Of a stretch of DNA of 64,000 bases, positions 59,631 to 64,000 are shown piece after piece. The stretch is from the NCBI GenBank assembly GCA_050084985.1, contig JBITNC010000001.1, forward strand, positions 48,732,001 to 48,796,000, written 5' to 3'. Position 1 is the first letter of the stretch. Every line of letters begins with the position of its first letter. Under the pieces are notes generated by a model. The model was not told the origin of the DNA and ran no database searches. It saw only the letters and a list, made by a program, of their open reading frames with translations. This DNA comes from Nageia nagi (taxonomy: Eukaryota > Plantae > Pinophyta). A program made the translations under genes and the position numbers.

Positions 59631-60236
59631 ATGTATGAAATGGAGTACATTAGGGACTAACAAAGATTGAGAATAATTGAAGCCAAAAATGTAAAGGAAA
59701 CAACTAAGTTGTAAGGTCCAAAAGTAAAAATAAGAAGATTTATTGGAGGAGAAAGAGGGCTAAGTTGAATCATTTCTCATTCCTAGCTCATAATTTCTCA
59801 TAGCCTCATGAGTCTAATGTAGGAGCATCTCAATTTTAATTCAAATCTAAGAAATAATGCAACTTAAGTCGTATTTGAAATGTTCAATTGGTCATTAGGT
59901 AAGTTATTATGCAAAACCTCCCAATAATCAAATCAATAGACAACATGAGCCAATATTATTTTAAATAGTTACCATCATGTAACATCCCCTTTGATAAAAA
60001 TAAATAAATTTAGAATCTTAGAGATTCCCTTCGTAAATATTTTATTTATTTATCCATTTGTTATTAGTTACTTGGGATAGAAATATAATGGTCCATTGGA
60101 CCCACATTGTGAGCCCCATATGGGACATTTTCCTCCCAAGCTTAGGATGTGCTATTTTATTAGTCATTAATGCACTTGGAGATCCTAAAATGATTGTGGG
60201 ACTCCCAAGCCTTATGTAACATCCAAATAATATTAT

Positions 60237-60530
60237 TGAGAGAAACTAATCCTAAATGACTAATTCCTCTTATACTAAGTTCTCATGAAAGCTTACTAAA
60301 CATCAACATAATAACATAACATAATATTCAATCTCATAAACTTAACATAAATATAAAGTGGTTACTCCAACCATGGGAGTACATCCACTAATCTAAGATC
60401 TTTATTTTCAATGTGCACTCTCTTACAACAACTCTTCCTACTTCTCCTAACAATCCTAAAGCATAATAATGCTACAAACTTGAGTGAGTAATCTCAAGGA
60501 GAGGGCCCTCTATTTATAAGCCAAAATCCT
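60237..60530 (-). mobile_element. Truncated LTR of the Copia A family on the minus strand
   Basis: Reverse complement reads gattttggcttataaatagagggccctctc...gtggatgtactccc...agctttcatg...ggaatta...ttagtttctctca, matching the 3' part of the Copia A LTR. Confidence 0.75.
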
Positions 60531-60557
60531 AAAGCGTAACAATACTACAAACTTGAG

Positions 60558-63500
60558 TGAGTAGCACTATCTAACACTGAGTTTTTTGTTGAAGAACAAG
60601 GAACTAAGGGAGATATTTCATATACCAGTATGAAAAAATTCCTATTGAAAGTGAAGATAAATGGACCAGTCTATTAAATTGAAAAACCTAGAAGAGTTAG
60701 AGGTTAAACTTTGTATGACTAAAGAGAACAAGTTTGATATGGATAATGTTGAGATGAGAGGCCTCATAAAAGACTTTGAGCATGATACAAAGATGGTTAT
60801 ATATAAAAGCTATTCATTTGAAACATACTATTGAGGAAAAGGTAGGAGATGCATAATACCCTCATAATGGAGATGCGCATGGTGACTAGATCGATTCATT
60901 ATTACTTACAAACCCCTTGGACTATCTAGATTCTAACTAAGGCATAGATGGTATTCAACTTCAGGATATCAATAAAGATTAATATTGTTAGAGTGACCAT
61001 GAGTGTGATTTCTTAAAAGATTCAAAGAGTAGGGAGAATCCTTATGAGGTCCTTATAAAATTCATGCACTTAGAAAGTGGAACATAGAAGTGTAATCATA
61101 TGGAGACTAAGATACAACTATTTATTGATATAGACTATGGTGTTGAAATCCTTCCTATGGTGAAGGAAACAACAAAAAATTAATGATGGATACTTACTTG
61201 GTGAGATAGTACATGATTTTATGGATATGGTCATGAGTGTCATGAAGGGTGATTCGCATGAGAGCCAATGCTTGATTGAATTACCTCAATTCTTTGGTTT
61301 TCCCATTTTTTTTTAGTTTTGTGGTATAAAACAAAGCCTTAGTGGTAGAATTATGAAGCTTGTGAGATGGAAGGAGAAGTTACCAGGATAGAGCCATAAG
61401 ACCATGAAGAAGTTTAGGAGGATACAAATATTTGGAACATGTTGTTTCAAGGGGGTTTAAAGGATTTTATCTTAGCATGTAAAGGGTTTGATAAAGAATT
61501 ATCCTTAAGTGTGGTTGAGTTATGGAATGATGGTACTTGCAACTTTAACAATTTTGAATTTAGTATCTTTCCTAAGTTAATTGCTGAAGCCATCTGAATA
61601 TCAAATGGATAAGTTAGAAGAGAGGCCAAAGAGAGAAAATTGGAGACCATGGATAAGTTCATGAAAAAATTCAAAAGGAATATTAAGTTGACAAAGTTGC
61701 AATTAGGGGTGAGTCGAGAATATCTCCCAAACCCAGGCAAAAGATTGACAAAGGTATTGATGAGATATGTTATGCTTGAAGGTAGATTCAGGGTTAACTA
61801 CACTTATCACTTCAATCTGCTTAATCATTTTAAATTTCATTTAATGAATAGGTTGAATTTTCCATTCTTCATATGCAATTTCATTGAACACTCCATGAAT
61901 ATGTCATTTACCTTATCTATCTCAAAGCTTTGGATAAATGAATTCCCAAATTTAGGGTCAAGTTTGGGGGTCAAGTGTTTGAGAAGTAGAGGGATTATGT
62001 AGATGGTAAAGCCCCTAGTCTTTCAAGTGATGCAAGTGTTAATCCTTCTTTAGACAGAGGTAGCAGTGATGAAGATGATGATAATTTTTCCCTATATAAG
62101 TACTTTAAGGCCAAGGGTTCATAGAAAAGGATCAGAGAGGAAGGAGAAAGCAATAAAAGTGAGTTACCTATGCCCAATAAAGTCCCAAAACCAATCCCTA
62201 GTGGTGCTAAAGGGTCTCTCCCAGCTCATATGGCTCCCAATACTAGAGATAGTCAAGTTAAAAAGAGTAAGAAAGATAGTCAAGTTAAAAAGAGTAAGAA
62301 AGCTTAGGAATATAATATTAACCTAAATCCTAAAGAGGTTGATGTTGCCTCAACCTTAATTTCAATTAAAAGTGAGGAGGAACAAAGGAAAAGTGAGATT
62401 GCCACTTGCCAAGTGAAATCTAGGAAGTTGATAAATAAATCTCCCAGTATTGCAACTTTAACCAAAGCTAGAAGAATAGGTCGATAGAGTGTAGTAGTTG
62501 AGAAGATTATAGAGGAAGATAGAAAAGTGGTTGTTAAGAAGAACAAGATAAAGAAGATTCAAGTTCCCAATTATATAAACATAATTCCTCAAGATAATAT
62601 GGTAATTTTTATTGATCTTGAGGAGATCTAACTACTTGAAAACTTTAAAATTAGAGAGTTTTGCAAAAGGAAGTAAAGTAACCATGGGTCACAATATTTA
62701 AAGATACTTTTAGAAAGTATGGCTCAAGACTTGGGTGATGTTTACCTAAAGTCAAAATTACTTCATTCTCAATAATCAACAAACCTATAATAAAATATGG
62801 AATAGGTAAGCTAGAAGTATGTTTGGATATACCAGAGAAGCAGAGTGTAGCAACATAGGATAAAGTAAATCCACAGTCAAGTGGTGAAGCTACTCTTGGA
62901 AAGTTAGAAAATACTATTAATAAGGGCTCAGATAAGGCAAACATCACCGATTGTAAGGACTAGGACACTCTAAGGAAGAAGCTAAAGATAAGATCTAGGC
63001 ATGTTAAAAAAGCTTTAGGGAGCTGAAATGACATAGGGGAGGGAAAGGAGTTGGAAATGGAAAGAAAGAATACAAGGAAACAAAGTGTAATCAAGAGTGG
63101 TGCTAAGCCAAATCGAATATAAGAGAAGCTTTTAGATAAAGTACCAATAATTCCAATTGAAAAAGGCTTCAAAATAAAATCAATAGTGGTTAAGCCTCCT
63201 CAGGATAAGTTGATCTATAATAGAATGCTATCTAAAGTAATGTTACTTCCTAGAAAATTCAATCAAACTTTTGAAGAAATTGGAGATCAACCAACCTTTA
63301 AGCAAAGAATTTCTTAGGCTCAATATGTCTCTTTCTACAAATTCAACTATGAAAACCAATCCTTTTGTTATATGGAAATATTTGGCTATGATTTTGAGTT
63401 TTTTGTAGCTCAAATATGCTAGTAGATTACAACTTTGATTCTTGTGCTAAAAATAATATGTATCCAGATCTCTATATTATTGATTAAATGATGTCTAGTT

Positions 63501-64000
63501 GGCTATGGTATGCCCTTTTGTATTATATAGTACATCAATACTTAATCTAATTGAATTCTATGAAGTGTGGGAGGACTTCTCAAAACCCTTTTTTTTATTA
63601 ATACAATATTTACCCTTATTAATAAAAAAATAGTAAGTGCCATGATGGATAGTTGGCCTAAGAATCATTGCGACTACTTGTTGAGGAATCCATAGTGTAT
63701 AGTTCAAGAGTGGATGGATGCAACTAAGTACATTGAGCTCAATAAGAGGACTATAGTAGTCCTTTATTACATAATACCAATTCAAAAATTTAGGTACCAA
63801 AATCCTTGTTTTGATAATCCCAACCATCACTAAAATTGTAAAAATAGAAAGGAAGACTCGATTTTGACCATGAGCAAGTCAACAATACCTTGTAGAGTAG
63901 GCTAGTAAATGGATAAGGAAAAGAGGATAATGTATATTATACCATGATTACAAAGGATGAAACCTATTTTTGGAAATAATTTGTTCAACATGATTGGGCA
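60558..64000 (+). repeat. Copy 2 of the duplication, split by a 2.35-kb insertion and running off the window end
   Basis: Colinear with copy 1 on both sides of 61284-63630. Confidence 0.85.
61284..63630 (+). mobile_element. RT-less, A-tailed insertion with a decayed retroelement accessory-type ORF (from 61367, MEGEVTRIEP...RYVMLEGRFRVNYTYHFNLLNHF...)
   Basis: Absent from copy 1 of the duplication. One frame runs 61367-~61900 with a few stops, then a long Lys/Glu/Ser-rich tail; ends AATAAAAAAA. Confidence 0.6.

Noticed and set aside
59978-60236. Two TGTAACATCC LTR-start-like motifs (59978, 60215)
   Set aside because: Probably Gypsy LTR scraps, but no partner LTR, PBS/PPT or TSD defines an element.

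Overview
AT-rich land-plant nuclear DNA. The TE decay pattern and repeat types suggest a gymnosperm or other non-angiosperm, which is inference only. The left 26 kb holds one host gene: the SWI/SNF chromatin-remodelling ATPase BRAHMA (BRM) on the + strand, 14 coding exons from 1253 to 26201 (~2,300-2,335 aa; QLQ, HSA-like, SNF2 ATPase, SnAC, bromodomain). Its large introns carry hAT-like MITEs, an RTEX-like LINE fragment, a Copia fragment and LTR relics. This BRM has several oddities: a -1 frame break inside exon 2 that a 98-nt GT-AG 'intron' could repair, a candidate 27-nt stop-containing micro-exon, a GC-AG intron, uORFs, no recognisable AT-hook, and a bromodomain lacking the acetyl-lysine Asn. 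The right 38 kb has no host gene and consists of decayed transposons. It includes a three-level nest (LINE > Copia B > Copia A plus a chromodomain-only Gypsy), a telomere-like minisatellite, a tRNA-Trp-primed Gypsy relic, and a tandemly duplicated unidentified decayed ORF whose second copy is interrupted by an RT-less, A-tailed 2.3-kb element. Homologue comparisons are from my recollection of known sequences, not from database searches.
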